A stretch of DNA of 64,000 bases from an uncultured Candidatus Saccharibacteria bacterium. Its GTDB lineage: Bacteria; Patescibacteriota; Minisyncoccia; Phycocordibacterales; Phycocordibacteraceae. Location: NCBI GenBank assembly GCA_964357395.1, contig CAYHLC010000001.1, positions 119,599 to 183,598 on the forward strand. Direction: 5' to 3'. Each line of letters opens with the position of its first letter. Positions within the stretch are counted from its first letter, which is position 1. Below, one piece after another: positions 63,921 to 64,000 of this stretch. Below the pieces are notes generated by a model. That model had not been told where the DNA came from, searched no databases, and saw only the letters and a program-made list of their open reading frames with translations. A program made the translations under genes and the position numbers.

Positions 63921-63943
63921 GCTGAAAATAATAGTATCACGGT

Positions 63944-64000
63944 ATGCCTATACGTCGGACCTACCTCGACTACGCCTCTGCGGCGCCCCTCGTGCCGAAA
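63944..64000 (+). CDS. Probable cysteine desulfurase (aminotransferase class V), N-terminus only
   Basis: MPIRRTYLDYASAAPL resembles the YLDYAATTP start of IscS/NifS. Confidence 0.6.
   Translation, partial: MPIRRTYLDYASAAPLVPK

Noticed and set aside
1-64000. CRISPR array, integrase, transposase or prophage
   Set aside because: No regularly spaced repeats and no ORF with recognisable recombinase, transposase or phage motifs
1-64000. Genetic code 25 (UGA=Gly)
   Set aside because: Conserved genes are full length under code 11, and TGA acts as stop in ATGA/GTGA overlaps (lepB, 30001 ORF)

Overview
Core-chromosome segment of a small-genome bacterium, inferred to be CPR/Patescibacteria (Parcubacteria-like). 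The inference rests on a short IF2 lacking the N-domain, ValRS without the C-terminal coiled coil, a VirB2/TrbC-like pilin array, a minimal RNase P RNA, scattered single tRNAs and no biosynthetic operons. Housekeeping genes: secG, groES/EL, lemA-htpX, murJ, lepA, valS, tsaD, orn, tsaC, trxB, ftsZ, ftsA, ybeY, rpsU, lepB, pth, rpsA, gyrA, def, rbfA, infB, plus 11 tRNAs and rnpB, interspersed with many small membrane proteins. No CRISPR, integrase or transposase was seen. Unexplained structure: (1) most genes look leaderless (TAnnnT 6-8 nt before the start, no SD); (2) three ORFs start 0-4 nt after a tRNA 3' end, suggesting mitochondria-like tRNA punctuation; (3) at least six Cys/His metal-binding microproteins, most missed or mis-started in the ORF track, including a textbook C2H2 finger; (4) candidate structured RNAs before tRNA-Phe, tRNA-Lys, an ABC exporter and rpsA, plus a leader-peptide attenuator before ybaK; (5) small gene cassettes bracketed by direct repeats. 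All folds, alignments and tallies were done by eye; no searches were run.
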